Positions 22,668 to 33,199 of a stretch of DNA of 64,000 bases are shown here, in pieces. The first letter of the stretch is position 1. Each line of letters starts with the position of its first letter. The notes beneath the pieces are model-generated. The model was not told where the DNA came from, made no database searches, and saw nothing but the letters and a program-made list of their open reading frames with translations. Position numbers and translations under genes: made by a program. This stretch comes from Candidatus Marinacidobacterales bacterium. GTDB lineage: Bacteria > Acidobacteriota > Vicinamibacteria > Marinacidobacterales > DATDRI01. The stretch is from NCBI GenBank assembly GCA_965219415.1, contig OZ244742.1, positions 1,824,001 to 1,888,000 of the forward strand, written 5' to 3'.

Positions 22668-23310
22668 TCTTTTTGATACGGGCTCCAACACGATACTCGG
22701 CTCCGGCTCTTACGACGAGCTCAAGACTCGATTGGTAGAAAGTGGTTGCACCAAGTGCGGCCTACACGCAGGCCGGACACAGATCGTGGTCGATCGCGGT
22801 AATCCGGACGCCGCGGTCATGGTGATCGGAGAAGGACCGGGTGAGCAAGAGGACCGGCAGGGTAAGGCTTTCGTCGGACGCGCCGGTCGGACCTTCGATC
22901 AAATCATGAACGCGGTGGGGATCGATACCAACGAGGACATGCTCATTGCCAATGTGGTCAAATGCCGGCCTCCGGAAAACCGTGCGCCCCATGCCGACGA
23001 AGCGGCGGCCTGCCTACCCTTCCTGAAGCGACAGATCGAGCTGGTGCGACCGCACATCATTCTGCTTTTGGGTGCCACCGCGCTCAAGCATTTCGATAAA
23101 TCCAAGACAAACTTCCAGATGTCGGAGGAGGCGGGGAAGTTTTTCACCTTGACGGATTTCCCGAGCACTCAGTTCATGGTGCTCTATCATCCCGCCGCGC
23201 TCCTCTATAACGCCAAGCTCAAGCCCGCCATGTGGCAACACGCCAAGACACTCCGACGCCTTCTCGATCAGCGTGGCTTGATCAAAAGTAAGCTGAAACG
23301 CGCCCAATAG
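22657..23310 (+). CDS. Family 4 uracil-DNA glycosylase
   Basis: [35 protein letters not shown]. Confidence 0.92.
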   Translation: MQFDLFDTGSNTILGSGSYDELKTRLVESGCTKCGLHAGRTQIVVDRGNPDAAVMVIGEGPGEQEDRQGKAFVGRAGRTFDQIMNAVGIDTNEDMLIANVVKCRPPENRAPHADEAAACLPFLKRQIELVRPHIILLLGATALKHFDKSKTNFQMSEEAGKFFTLTDFPSTQFMVLYHPAALLYNAKLKPAMWQHAKTLRRLLDQRGLIKSKLKRAQ

Positions 23311-23325
23311 AGTTTGTAGTCAGAT

Positions 23326-25208
23326 CTAGGGACGCTCGGCGAGCTGGACGCGAAACTCCACCGACTTTCCGTCACGCTTCACCACCACCGGTACGTCGTC
23401 GCCCGGTTTATGGCGTCGCAACGCATCGGTGAAGTCTTGAAGAGTATCGATCGCGCGCCCGTTGAAATAGATGAGGACGTCGCCTGCATGGAGACCGGCC
23501 TTGTGAGCGGGTCCCCCTTCCCGGACGTCGTCGAAACGAACGCCCTTGCCCTCGTGTCCGAAGTCCGGCACCGAGCCGAAGTAGGCCCGGTAGCCACCGC
23601 CTCCACCCTCGCGGCGTTTTCGGGGGGCGGGTTTCACGAACGCCGGGCGCTCGGGTAGAGCCTGGACATAGTCTGCCATCTGGTAGGCCAATCTCAGAAC
23701 GCGCTCTGCTCCGGAAGCGTTGATGTCATCCCAGTCGTCCGAAGGCTTGTGGTAGTCCCGATGAAGACCGGTGAAGAAGAAGAGCGACGGCACGCCTTCC
23801 ATTGTGAACGATGTGTGGTCACTCGAACCGTAACCCGAGAAGTTGAAGCTGAGCGCGAGATCCTCCTCTGTACCCAACTCGTCGAGCTTCGATTGAAAAA
23901 CCGGTGACGTTCCCACGCCGCCGACATAGAGCTTTCCCTCACGGAGGCGCCCGATCATGTCCAAGTTGAGCATGGCCACGGTGCGTTCCAGCGGATACGT
24001 CGGGTGCCGCGTGTGATAGCGCGACCCGAGCAGCCCCAGCTCCTCGCCGGCGAATGCCGCGAACAGCACACCGCGGTTGAGATCCTCTCGCTCTCCTGCC
24101 AACACGCGTGCGAGCTCCAAGATTCCTGCTGTTCCGGATGCGTTGTCATCGGCACCGTTGTGGATCCGCTTCTCTCCCCCGCCGCGAGCCGTGGAATGCC
24201 TTCCCCCGAACCCCAGGTGATCATAGTGAGCACCAATCACGAGCAACTCGTCGTTGTTCGAGGGGTTTGCCGGGTTGGAAGATGCACCGGCGGGCAAGTA
24301 GCCGAGGACGTTCTTCACGACACGTCGCTCTCGCTGCACGTCGGTGCGGAGACGCACTCGAACGCCGGTAAGCTCGAAAGAAACCGGCTCGAGGTTCTTG
24401 TCTATGTTCTCTTGCAATGCCGGGAGCTTCGCGACTCCTTCAGAAAGTAATTGCTCTACGACCGCTTGCTTCAAGTGCACAACCGGGATCGCTAAGTCGT
24501 CGGCTCCCAGATCCTGGCCGAACTTCACCAAACCCTTGGGATCACCGGGATGATTCACCGGATCGGTCACGACTAGAACCGCAGCCGCACCATGAGCCTT
24601 GGCGTTCACGACCTTGGCTACGAAGGTTGCATGCCCGCGGCGCGGATCGAAGGGACCGTCTCCGTTCTCGCGCGGGGTGTGCCGCATCACAAGGACGGCT
24701 TTTCCCTCGACGTCGATCCCCGCATAGTCATCGTATTCATGCTCGGGCGTGGTGATTCCGTAGCCCGCGAAGACAACCCGAGCCGCCTCGACGTCTCCTG
24801 TGTCGGAGAAGGTCATGGGCTCGAAATCACGATGGAGGCGTAGGTCCGTCCCGCCGCCTGGACTTTCGAAGCGCAAGGAATTGTCCGGTCCCAACGAGCC
24901 CCCCAGGTTCACCTCGAACGGCTGGAAGTAGCTGTCATCGACACCGGCGGCTTCAGGCCGAGCTCTTCGAATCGCGCTGCAATATAGGCTGCCGCTTCAT
25001 CGAGCCCCTCGCTTCCGTTCCCACGTCCACCCAACGCGTCCGAAGACAAGAAGCGGATGTGCTCGAGCGCCGAGTTACCGCTTACTAACTCGACCGACGA
25101 CCGCTTGCCCCGTGCCGACACCACCGCGGCGACGAGAGCTAACAGGGCGATCCCGAAAAACACATGTCGTCCTTGCACGCGGCGGTAGAAAGGCAGGAGA
25201 TCTCTCAT
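23326..25208 (-). pseudogene. M28 peptidase with PA and PDZ domains, one frameshift near 24950
   Basis: GAHYDH, NGADDNASG, GEELGLLGS, NLDMIG, SSDH, PDZ tail; N-terminal LSSDALGGRG in the upstream frame. Confidence 0.85.
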
Positions 25209-25291
25209 TCAATTCGCTCCAAAGACCATTATAGGCAGGCCGCGGTTGGCATCCAAGGCGGGCTTACCGGTCGATCTTTTCCGACCGGGAC

Positions 25292-25951
25292 TCAGCTAGG
25301 TGGGTCGAAAAGTGGTAGGGGCGGTGGATCGAGCTCGTTGAGAAGTTTCCAACCCCAACTCCGGCGGGTCTCCGGCGGAAGCTGCCCATAGCGTTCGTGG
25401 TATCGTCGGAGGAAGTCCGCGGTGGCGGCGTTCACGTAACCACCCCCTCGAACCTCCCCGAACTCATCGCGATAACGAACTAAGATTTCCTCGAAGAGAC
25501 GGTCGCGAACGTCCTTCGCAATGATCGACGCGGCTGCTACCGCAACATGGACGCCCTCGCCGAAATCGTGAGCCTCCAGGTGCGGATACTCGCCGGCAAG
25601 GGCTCCGAACAATCTCTGTCCATCCGCAACGATGCGTCGTACCGGCTGCGTCCCGGCGATGATGGCTCGGGCACCGCGCCGCTCGAGCTCGTTCAGTAAG
25701 CCCTGCGACGCAAAGTCGTCCACGGTTCGGTGGTCGAACACCTCGACATGAACGTCCTCGGCAAGACGGCGAATATGAGAGGCGAGCTCGGCTCTCTTTT
25801 TTCGCGCATCGTCCCCGGCCCCGAAGTCTTTGGAATCCGACACCCCGCGGCGCGTGAGGGCGCCGGCTCTCGGCGGACGGAGTACGACACCTGCCACGAC
25901 CATGGGACCCAGCACCGGCCCCCGACCAGCTTCGTCGATACCGAGGATCAT
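25292..25951 (-). CDS. rnhB: Ribonuclease HII
   Basis: GIDEAGRGPVLGP, DSK, ADG, VAAASIIAK. Confidence 0.9.
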   Translation of the reverse strand: MILGIDEAGRGPVLGPMVVAGVVLRPPRAGALTRRGVSDSKDFGAGDDARKKRAELASHIRRLAEDVHVEVFDHRTVDDFASQGLLNELERRGARAIIAGTQPVRRIVADGQRLFGALAGEYPHLEAHDFGEGVHVAVAAASIIAKDVRDRLFEEILVRYRDEFGEVRGGGYVNAATADFLRRYHERYGQLPPETRRSWGWKLLNELDPPPLPLFDPPS

Positions 25952-26079
25952 GGTCCATCATGTTCGCCGATTCCTGCCCGGCCTTGCAACGAAAAAAGCA
26001 TCCGGGCAGGATGTAGGGCTAGAATTGTAGGCCCGCTTACTGGGGATTGGACGCCCATATCGTCATAATGGGGAAGCTC

Positions 26080-27534
26080 ATGGCTCACGCGGAGGAGAAA
26101 GGCCAAGGGAAGTACAACGTCGTCGTGATCGGCGCCGGCACCGCTGGCCTGGTGACCGCGGCTGGGACTTCCGGCCTGGGTGGCAGGGCGGCGCTCATCG
26201 AAGCCCACAAGATGGGCGGCGACTGCCTGAATTTCGGCTGCGTCCCTTCGAAGGCCCTCATTTCGTCCGCGAACCTCGTCCAACGAATGAGGCGCAGTGA
26301 AGCCTTCGGACTGCAAGCGACCGAACCACAGTTTCGCCTGGAGGATGTCTTTGCCAGCATGAGGAAGAGACGAGCGACCATCGAGCCTCACGACTCGGTC
26401 GAGCGATTCGAGGGGCTGGGAGTCGACGTCTTCTTGGGCCGCGCCCGTTTCGTATCGCCACACGAAGTCGACGTGGACGGCACACGCCTCCGTGCCCGGA
26501 ACTTCGTCATCGCTACCGGCACCAAGGCCTTGGTGCCCCCGATCCCGGGCGTCCAAGAAATTTCATACTACACGAACGAAACGATATTCGATGAGATGCC
26601 TTCCTCACCCGACTCGCTCCTAATTCTTGGTGGAGGCCCCATCGGATGTGAGTTAGCACAAGTCATGGCGCGTCTCGGAGTATCGGTGACGGTGGTGGAG
26701 CTTCTGCCGAGGCTTCTTCCTCGAGACGACCCCGATGCCGCCGAGATCATCACCAAACGCCTCAGCGAAGAGGGTGTTCGCGTACTCACCAGATCCCCCT
26801 TGACCAAGTTCGAGAAAAAAAACGGAAAGGTCGTCGCTACGGTTGATGGCCCAGACGGAAGCCAACAAATAACGACGGAAGCGGTCTTGATCGCCACCGG
26901 CCGCAAGCCGAACACCGAAGGTCTGGATCTGGAAGCGGCCGGAGTCGATTACGGCAAGACCGGCGTCTTAGTCGATGCAACGCTAACGACGTCCCAACCG
27001 CACATCTTCGCCTGCGGCGACATCGCCGGTCCTTACCAGTTCACCCACACCGCCGATTACCAGGCGAGGATCGTGGTGCGCAACATCCTGCTGCCCTGGT
27101 TCAAGACCAAGGGAGACTACACTTGGGTGCCGTGGGTTACCTACACCGATCCCGAGGTCGCCCAAGTGGGGCTCACCGAGAACGAGGCGAAGACGCGCGG
27201 CCTTCCTCATTCCGTCTACCGCTCCGACTGGAACGACCTCGATCGAGCGATTACCGAGAACGAGCAAACCGGTTTTATCAAGGTAGTGACACCACCCGGT
27301 AACGACCGCATCTTGGGAGCCACGGTGGTCGGCGTCCACGCCGGCGACGTGCTCCACGAGCTAGTTGTCGCTGCGAAACACGGAGTGGGGCTTGCAAAAC
27401 TGTCCTCGACGATTCACGCCTATCCGACCCTTTCCCAATCCGTCCAACGTGTCGGCGATCTTTACCAGAAGGGCCGTCTGAGCCCGAATGTCTCGAAGCT
27501 CTTTCGCTGGCTCTATCGTGTCCGCAGGTCCTGA
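26080..27534 (+). CDS. Pyridine nucleotide-disulfide oxidoreductase (dihydrolipoamide dehydrogenase/MerA-like family)
   Basis: GAGTAG, GGDCLNFGCVPSK, GGGPIG, HAYPT; no C-terminal Cys pair. Confidence 0.85.
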   Translation: MAHAEEKGQGKYNVVVIGAGTAGLVTAAGTSGLGGRAALIEAHKMGGDCLNFGCVPSKALISSANLVQRMRRSEAFGLQATEPQFRLEDVFASMRKRRATIEPHDSVERFEGLGVDVFLGRARFVSPHEVDVDGTRLRARNFVIATGTKALVPPIPGVQEISYYTNETIFDEMPSSPDSLLILGGGPIGCELAQVMARLGVSVTVVELLPRLLPRDDPDAAEIITKRLSEEGVRVLTRSPLTKFEKKNGKVVATVDGPDGSQQITTEAVLIATGRKPNTEGLDLEAAGVDYGKTGVLVDATLTTSQPHIFACGDIAGPYQFTHTADYQARIVVRNILLPWFKTKGDYTWVPWVTYTDPEVAQVGLTENEAKTRGLPHSVYRSDWNDLDRAITENEQTGFIKVVTPPGNDRILGATVVGVHAGDVLHELVVAAKHGVGLAKLSSTIHAYPTLSQSVQRVGDLYQKGRLSPNVSKLFRWLYRVRRS

Positions 27535-28226
27535 TGACCGCCCGAACCTACGCCAAGATCGGTGCTCTCGTTCTGGTCGTTGCCGCCCTGGTCGTGGCGG
27601 CGAGGATGTTGCCATTCGCGGAGTGGCTCGAAGTCTTGAACGAGTGGGTACGGGGACTCGGACCGACCGGCCTGCTAATCTATTCCGCAGTATACGCGGT
27701 GGCCGCGGTTCTGCTGCTTCCCGGGTCGCTGTTGACGGCGGCCGCGGGCGCCGTATTCGGCCTGTTGCCGGGCTTCGCCACCGTTTTGTTGGGCGCCACG
27801 GCGGGAGCGGCGCTCGCTTTTCTGGTTTCACGCCATCTCGCGCGGCGTCGGGTGGAGAGTTGGATCGAGGCGAAGCCCCGGTTCGCGGCGGTGGACAAAG
27901 CGGTAGCTAAAGAGGGATGGAAGATCGTATTCCTAACGAGGCTTTCGCCGATATTCCCTTTCAATTTTCAAAACTACGCGTACGGGCTGACAAAGATCTC
28001 TTTCTGGCACTACACGCTAGCGAGTTTGATAGGGATGATCCCGGGCTCGTTCCTATACGTGTACATCGGCTACTTGGGGCGCAGCAGCCTGGAAGCCGCA
28101 GCGGGTGGTGACAAAGTGGAGACGTTAGAGATGATCTTCTGGATCGTGGGCCTGGCGATTACCGTGCTGGTGACGGTCTTCATTACACGCATCGCCACCA
28201 AATCCCTCAAAGAGGCTGGGATCTAG
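27534..28226 (+). CDS. TVP38/TMEM64 (VTT, DedA-like) membrane protein
   Basis: LTRLSPIFPFNFQNYAYG, multiple transmembrane helices. Confidence 0.88.
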   Translation: MTARTYAKIGALVLVVAALVVAARMLPFAEWLEVLNEWVRGLGPTGLLIYSAVYAVAAVLLLPGSLLTAAAGAVFGLLPGFATVLLGATAGAALAFLVSRHLARRRVESWIEAKPRFAAVDKAVAKEGWKIVFLTRLSPIFPFNFQNYAYGLTKISFWHYTLASLIGMIPGSFLYVYIGYLGRSSLEAAAGGDKVETLEMIFWIVGLAITVLVTVFITRIATKSLKEAGI

Positions 28227-28849
28227 TTTCTAGTCGCCACGAGATCGAAGGTCAGCTCGAGCTCGTCCTTGGTCTTGACCGATCCCCCCGCCGCTTTGAT
28301 CTGCGGCACACCGAAATCGCTTCCCTTGATCTTGAACTGGCCCTGCGCTCGAACATTCTGGTCGTCGACCGTCAACCTCAACGGAAACTTGACCTCGCCG
28401 GTCACCCCACGAAGGGTCAACTCGCCCTTGAGATTCGCCATACGCTCCCCTTCGCCGCTACTCAGCGAAAGCTCTTTAGAGACAAAGACGATCTTCGGAT
28501 AGCTCGTGACATCGAGTGCTGTGCTCTCCATCTCCGCCTGGACGGTCGCCCGATCCGCGTCACTGATATCCTCGTCGATCACGGCCAGAGAGCTTGCATC
28601 GATCTCGATACGAGTCGAAGACATATTGGGGCTATCCGGCCGCCAATCCACGTCGCCCACGATGTCGCGGATCTCGATCAAATGGTCATGACCAAATGCC
28701 TTCAGGAACCCCGCTCTGCCTACTTTCACCGTGAAGCTGCTCTCCGTCGACTGGACAGAGAAATTCCAGGTGTCTTCTGTAGACGCCTGGGCAGACGATG
28801 GAGAGACCGAGCCGAAGACAAAGACTAGACTAACGATGAGTCGATACAT
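28223..28849 (-). CDS. YceI family protein
   Basis: Signal peptide, GHDH, YPKIVF, GELTLRGVT; RBS GAGGAGG. Confidence 0.82.
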   Translation of the reverse strand: MYRLIVSLVFVFGSVSPSSAQASTEDTWNFSVQSTESSFTVKVGRAGFLKAFGHDHLIEIRDIVGDVDWRPDSPNMSSTRIEIDASSLAVIDEDISDADRATVQAEMESTALDVTSYPKIVFVSKELSLSSGEGERMANLKGELTLRGVTGEVKFPLRLTVDDQNVRAQGQFKIKGSDFGVPQIKAAGGSVKTKDELELTFDLVATRN

Positions 28850-28982
28850 GCTGCCTCCTCGAAGTTGGCCCAGTCTACACCAAAAAAATTTCCGCTCCTT
28901 GATCCATCCCACCCTCGCAGCTAACATCGACCAGTTCGCGACAGATCCATACCGTTGACGAGCCGTAGAATCAGGAGATGAT

Positions 28983-29774
28983 ATGAAAACCCCCGCAGCC
29001 TTACTTGGCATACTGATGTCCTTGGCAACCCTCGCAGGCGCCTGGCAACCGGCGCGAGAAACGAGTGAGACACCGGCCTTGCCACGAAACTTGGAGACCG
29101 AATTGGCCCTAAGCGCACTGCCTCCGCATCTTAGAGACGACGCGACTGTCTATATTGTGGGGACGTCCCAGACATTCGAGATGGCGCGCGATGGAAGCAA
29201 TGGATTCCATACGTTCGTTTCTCGCTTCGACCCAAATGCATTCAACGGGGACTGGCCCTTCACGGAATACCGGGACGACATTCTCCTCCCCATCGCTTTC
29301 GACGATGCCGGCTCCCGAGCACACATGCCGGTCTACTTCGACATGGCAGAGATGCGCGCCTCGGGAACATTCGCCGAGGAACTCAAGGCCATCGTAGTCG
29401 AGCGATGGGAGAACGGGCACTACAAGATTCCAGAGAGAGCGGGAATCTCCTACATGTTGGCACCGATGTTTCGTACCTATCGCAACCCTGATATCGAAGT
29501 GAACAAAGTAACGACGACCAACGCTCCCCACTACATGTTCTACGCCCCCGGTGTCTCCAACGAAGACATAGGCGGGAAGTTCCTCAGCGAACATCCCTTC
29601 GTGCTGAATCGAACGCCCGGCCCCCATGGATACATCATTCAGTTCGTCGGGAAGGCGGAGAAAGAAGCGATCAACGAGGAGTATGCGGATATGCTGGCAC
29701 GGCTTTGCGAGCTCAGGGAAAGCTATTGCCTAGTCTCACCGATGTCTAACTCCCCTTCTCATAAGTCCCCATGA
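28983..29774 (+). CDS. Secreted hypothetical protein
   Basis: Signal peptide, RBS AGGAG, ALSALPPHLR...GISYML...PHYMFYAP. Confidence 0.75.
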   Translation: MKTPAALLGILMSLATLAGAWQPARETSETPALPRNLETELALSALPPHLRDDATVYIVGTSQTFEMARDGSNGFHTFVSRFDPNAFNGDWPFTEYRDDILLPIAFDDAGSRAHMPVYFDMAEMRASGTFAEELKAIVVERWENGHYKIPERAGISYMLAPMFRTYRNPDIEVNKVTTTNAPHYMFYAPGVSNEDIGGKFLSEHPFVLNRTPGPHGYIIQFVGKAEKEAINEEYADMLARLCELRESYCLVSPMSNSPSHKSP

Positions 29775-30222
29775 TCTCGGCGCGGGCGAGGATATGCCCC
29801 TCCATCGCCTCCTCGAGCTCCTGCTTCGTCGGGCTGCCGAGATCAGGAAGCACGGTATCCAGCGCATAGAGCTTGTGAAAGTAACGGTGACGCCCGATGG
29901 GTGGGCAGGGTCCGCGATATCCGGTCTCGCCCCAATCGTTCTTTCCCTCGCCGGCGCCCTCGGGTAGCGCGTCGGATGAGACCCCTTCATCCAAGCTTCC
30001 GGCGACGGCCGGTAAGTTGTAAAGCACCCAGTGCGACCAGATCGTCTTCGGTGCCTGCGGATCAGGGGCATCCGGGTCATCGACGATGAGTGCCAGTCGT
30101 TTCGTGCCGTCCGGCAAATCCGACCAGGAAAGCGCCGGCGACACGTCTCTCCCTTCACAGGTGTGCTGGGCGGGAATCTCCCCTTCGTGGGTAAAGCTGG
30201 ATGAGCTCAGTACAAAGGCCAT
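29746..30222 (-). CDS. YbhB/YbcL Raf kinase inhibitor-like protein
   Basis: DDPDAP, HWVLYN, YRGPCPP, HRYF. Confidence 0.92.
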   Translation of the reverse strand: MAFVLSSSSFTHEGEIPAQHTCEGRDVSPALSWSDLPDGTKRLALIVDDPDAPDPQAPKTIWSHWVLYNLPAVAGSLDEGVSSDALPEGAGEGKNDWGETGYRGPCPPIGRHRYFHKLYALDTVLPDLGSPTKQELEEAMEGHILARAEIMGTYEKGS

Positions 30223-30313
30223 GGCGATCCTCCTTTAGGACAGGGACTCGTGTCATTTCATTTGATTATATCGGTGCCATCCCTCTAGAATCTTGATACG
30301 GAGGAATGGTGAC

Positions 30314-31063
30314 ATGATGAGAAGTGGCAACCCCGCACTGACCGCCAACACTTTTACTGCAATGGCTCCCGCCGCGTCGAGCCAAGACGCCATGACCATT
30401 CAAGGGGCGGTGAACAAGACCGCCATCCTGCTGTTTCTCGTCGTCCTGACAGCGTCCTGGACCTGGAACATGTTCCTCACCAGCCCGAACCCGGCCACCG
30501 TCATGCCGTGGTTGTTGGGAGGCGCTATCGGCGGATTCATCGTCGCCATGGTGACCATCTTCAAGAAGACCTGGGCGGGTTTCACCGCGCCCATCTACGC
30601 CCTGCTCGAGGGCCTTTTCCTGGGCGCCATTTCCTCGATGTTCGAAGCGCGGTTCCCCGGAATCGTCATTCAAGCAGTCGCCCTAACGTTCGGAACGCTG
30701 TTTGCGCTTCTCCTCGCGTACAAATCTGGCCTCATCAAGGCCACCGAGAACTTCAAGCTCGGTGTGACCGCGGCCACCGGCGGCATCGCGCTGGTTTATT
30801 TCGCGACTTTCGTCCTCGGCTTTTTCGGGGTCTCGGTTCCGTATATCCACGGAAGCGGCCTGATTGGAATCGGCTTCAGCCTCTTCGTTGTCGTCATCGC
30901 CGCACTCAACCTCGTACTGGACTTCGATTTCATCGAGAAGGGAGTCGAGGTAGGCGCGCCGAAGTACATGGAGTGGTTTGGTGCCTTCGGACTCGTTGTC
31001 ACTCTGATCTGGCTCTACCTCGAGATTCTGATACTACTCTCTAAGCTATACAGCCGCCGTTAG
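30314..31063 (+). CDS. Bax inhibitor-1/YccA family membrane protein
   Basis: MRSGNPAL, YALLEG, NLVLDFD, TLIWLYLEIL. Confidence 0.88.
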   Translation: MMRSGNPALTANTFTAMAPAASSQDAMTIQGAVNKTAILLFLVVLTASWTWNMFLTSPNPATVMPWLLGGAIGGFIVAMVTIFKKTWAGFTAPIYALLEGLFLGAISSMFEARFPGIVIQAVALTFGTLFALLLAYKSGLIKATENFKLGVTAATGGIALVYFATFVLGFFGVSVPYIHGSGLIGIGFSLFVVVIAALNLVLDFDFIEKGVEVGAPKYMEWFGAFGLVVTLIWLYLEILILLSKLYSRR

Positions 31064-31076
31064 CGGGAGACGCGAT

Positions 31077-32147
31077 ATTACCGATTCGACACCTCGGCTC
31101 CTGGAGCGTGGGGATTGGGCTCCCGACTTCGTCCTCCCGTCTCAGCAAGGCGTTCCGACCCGGTTCATCGGCAAGGCCGGAGGCACGCCGACCGTTCTCC
31201 TCTTTTACGACACGAACCAAAACGAGTCGTCACTGGAAGAGCTCGAGCAGTTCACACAGGCTCTCGCCCATAAACAGCTCGGCATCTTCGCGGTGAATCG
31301 GGAAACACCGGACTCCAATCGGCAAGCTTTCGAGAAACATTCGATCCCGTTTCTCGCATTTTCGGACACCGATGGTGCCGTGGCCTCTCACTACGGCGTT
31401 GGCCAGGGGAGCAAGATGACGGTGTTCGTATTGAGCTCGAACCTGCGAGTTCTCTTCGCGCACTCCCTTAAGGAGACCGAGACGTGGGCCGGTCGGGTCG
31501 CCACGCTGTTGGATACGTTGCCGCAACAGCAAGCAGTCGAGGTCGAATCGCAAGCCCCGGTTCTCTTCGTCCCCGACGTCTTGGATGACCGATACTGCGA
31601 GCAACTCATCGCCGTTTGGCGAACCGAGGGCAACGTGGAAACGGGTGTCGAGCAATCTGAGGAACGTGGGCGGGCGGACGTCATCGCCCCGGAAACGAAG
31701 CGGCGGCGAGACCACACGGTGGAAGATGCGGAGCTCCTACGCGATCTGACCTCTCGCGTTGGACGGCGTGTCGTTCCGGCGGTCCGGCAGGCGTTTTCTT
31801 TTCGAGCTACTCGATTCGAAGGCTTTAAGATCGCCCGCTACGACGCCGTGGAGGGCGGCTTCTTCGGAGCCCACCGGGACAATCTAAGTCCCACCACCGC
31901 CCATCGCCGTTTCGCATTGACGCTGAACCTGAACGAGGGCTATGGGGGCGGGCACTTGCGATTCCCCGAGTACGGATCGCATCTCTACCGGCCGAAGCGA
32001 GGCGGAGCCATCGTTTTTTCCGGCTCCTTGCTCCATGAGGCCCTCGAAGTCACAAAAGGGCAACGCTTCGTCCTACTTTCGTTTCTGTTTGGGGAAGAAG
32101 ACGCGAAGAGGTTGGAGAACAGCAGGAGCGCTGAAGGTCCTTCGTGA
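31077..32147 (+). CDS. AhpC/TSA-like domain fused to 2OG-Fe(II) oxygenase; probable ATT start
   Basis: Frame open upstream of 31293 (GDWAPDFVLP); HRD...H...R oxygenase motif; GGGAG 7 nt before ATT 31077. Confidence 0.75.
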   Translation: MTDSTPRLLERGDWAPDFVLPSQQGVPTRFIGKAGGTPTVLLFYDTNQNESSLEELEQFTQALAHKQLGIFAVNRETPDSNRQAFEKHSIPFLAFSDTDGAVASHYGVGQGSKMTVFVLSSNLRVLFAHSLKETETWAGRVATLLDTLPQQQAVEVESQAPVLFVPDVLDDRYCEQLIAVWRTEGNVETGVEQSEERGRADVIAPETKRRRDHTVEDAELLRDLTSRVGRRVVPAVRQAFSFRATRFEGFKIARYDAVEGGFFGAHRDNLSPTTAHRRFALTLNLNEGYGGGHLRFPEYGSHLYRPKRGGAIVFSGSLLHEALEVTKGQRFVLLSFLFGEEDAKRLENSRSAEGPS

Positions 32148-33199
32148 CACCGCCACCCCTTCCTGAACCCAGCGAACCACGTGCCTCTTCGAAGGAGGCC
32201 CGACTCCTCATCGTAGCAGCGGCACTTTTCTGCTTGAGCGGTATCGCGGCGCTCATCTACCAAGTCACCTGGCAACGCATCCTAGCGCTCCATAGCGGCA
32301 TGGGCATCTATTCGGTGGCGATGATTGTCGCTTCGTTCATGGCTGGCCTGGGTATCGGGAGCCATCTGGGAGGAATCGCAAGCACGCGAAAGAGCCCCCG
32401 GACCGCCCTGCGAATTTTCGCGACCTTGGAAATCGCCGTCGCTGGCTTCGGTGCTATCAGCTGTCCCCTCTTCTACGACGTGCTATATCTCGAGGCTTCC
32501 TGGCTCTACACGACCTCCTGGCGGGCGGGCCTCTTTCATTTCTTGGCGCTGCTGCCTCCGACGTGTCTCATGGGCATGTCTCTACCGTTCCTCGTGCAGG
32601 CCATGGTGCGGGACGTACGCACGGCGGGGCGAACCATCGGCTACCTTTACGGATTCAACGTGGTCGGTGCGAGTATCGGTGCTTTTATCACGCCTTGGGT
32701 CTTGATCCGCTTTCTCGGAGTCCGGGAAGCGGTGTTGGTGGCGGTGGGATTGAACCTTCTTGCGGGGATAGGAGCGCTCGGCATCTCAATGGTACCGACT
32801 CGAGACGCCCGCGAAGAAGCTGCCCCGGCTCTACCGGATGAACCGGAAACGACTCTCGGGCCGGCATTTCCAACTTGGTTGCTTTTGTACGCGCTCAGCG
32901 GCTTTTGTGCGCTCTCGCTCGAGATCCTTTGGTTTCGCTTGGTCGACGTCGGTGTCCGCGGGACGGCGTTCGCTTTCGGAACCGTGCTTTCCATCTATCT
33001 GTTCGGACTGGCCGCCGGGAGCCTGCTCGGTGCCCAATTCATCGACCGACTGAAACACCCTCTGCGCACGTTCTTGATGTGCCAGTGCGGCATCCTTCTC
33101 TGCTCGGGCGTCGTCTTGCTCCTGTTCGCGGCCTTACCCACCGATCTGCCCGGTTACGCGTGGTTTTTCGCAGGAAGCGGTGAAGAAAAGAGTCGTTGA
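32144..33199 (+). pseudogene. Fused MFS-like/spermidine synthase-type membrane protein, N-terminal part only
   Basis: SGIAALIYQVTW, PPTCLMGMSLP, LYGFNVVG; methyltransferase domain absent, break near 33168. Confidence 0.7.

Noticed and set aside
26080-27534. Mercuric reductase MerA
   Set aside because: No C-terminal Cys-Cys pair, no metal-binding N-domain and no mer genes nearby
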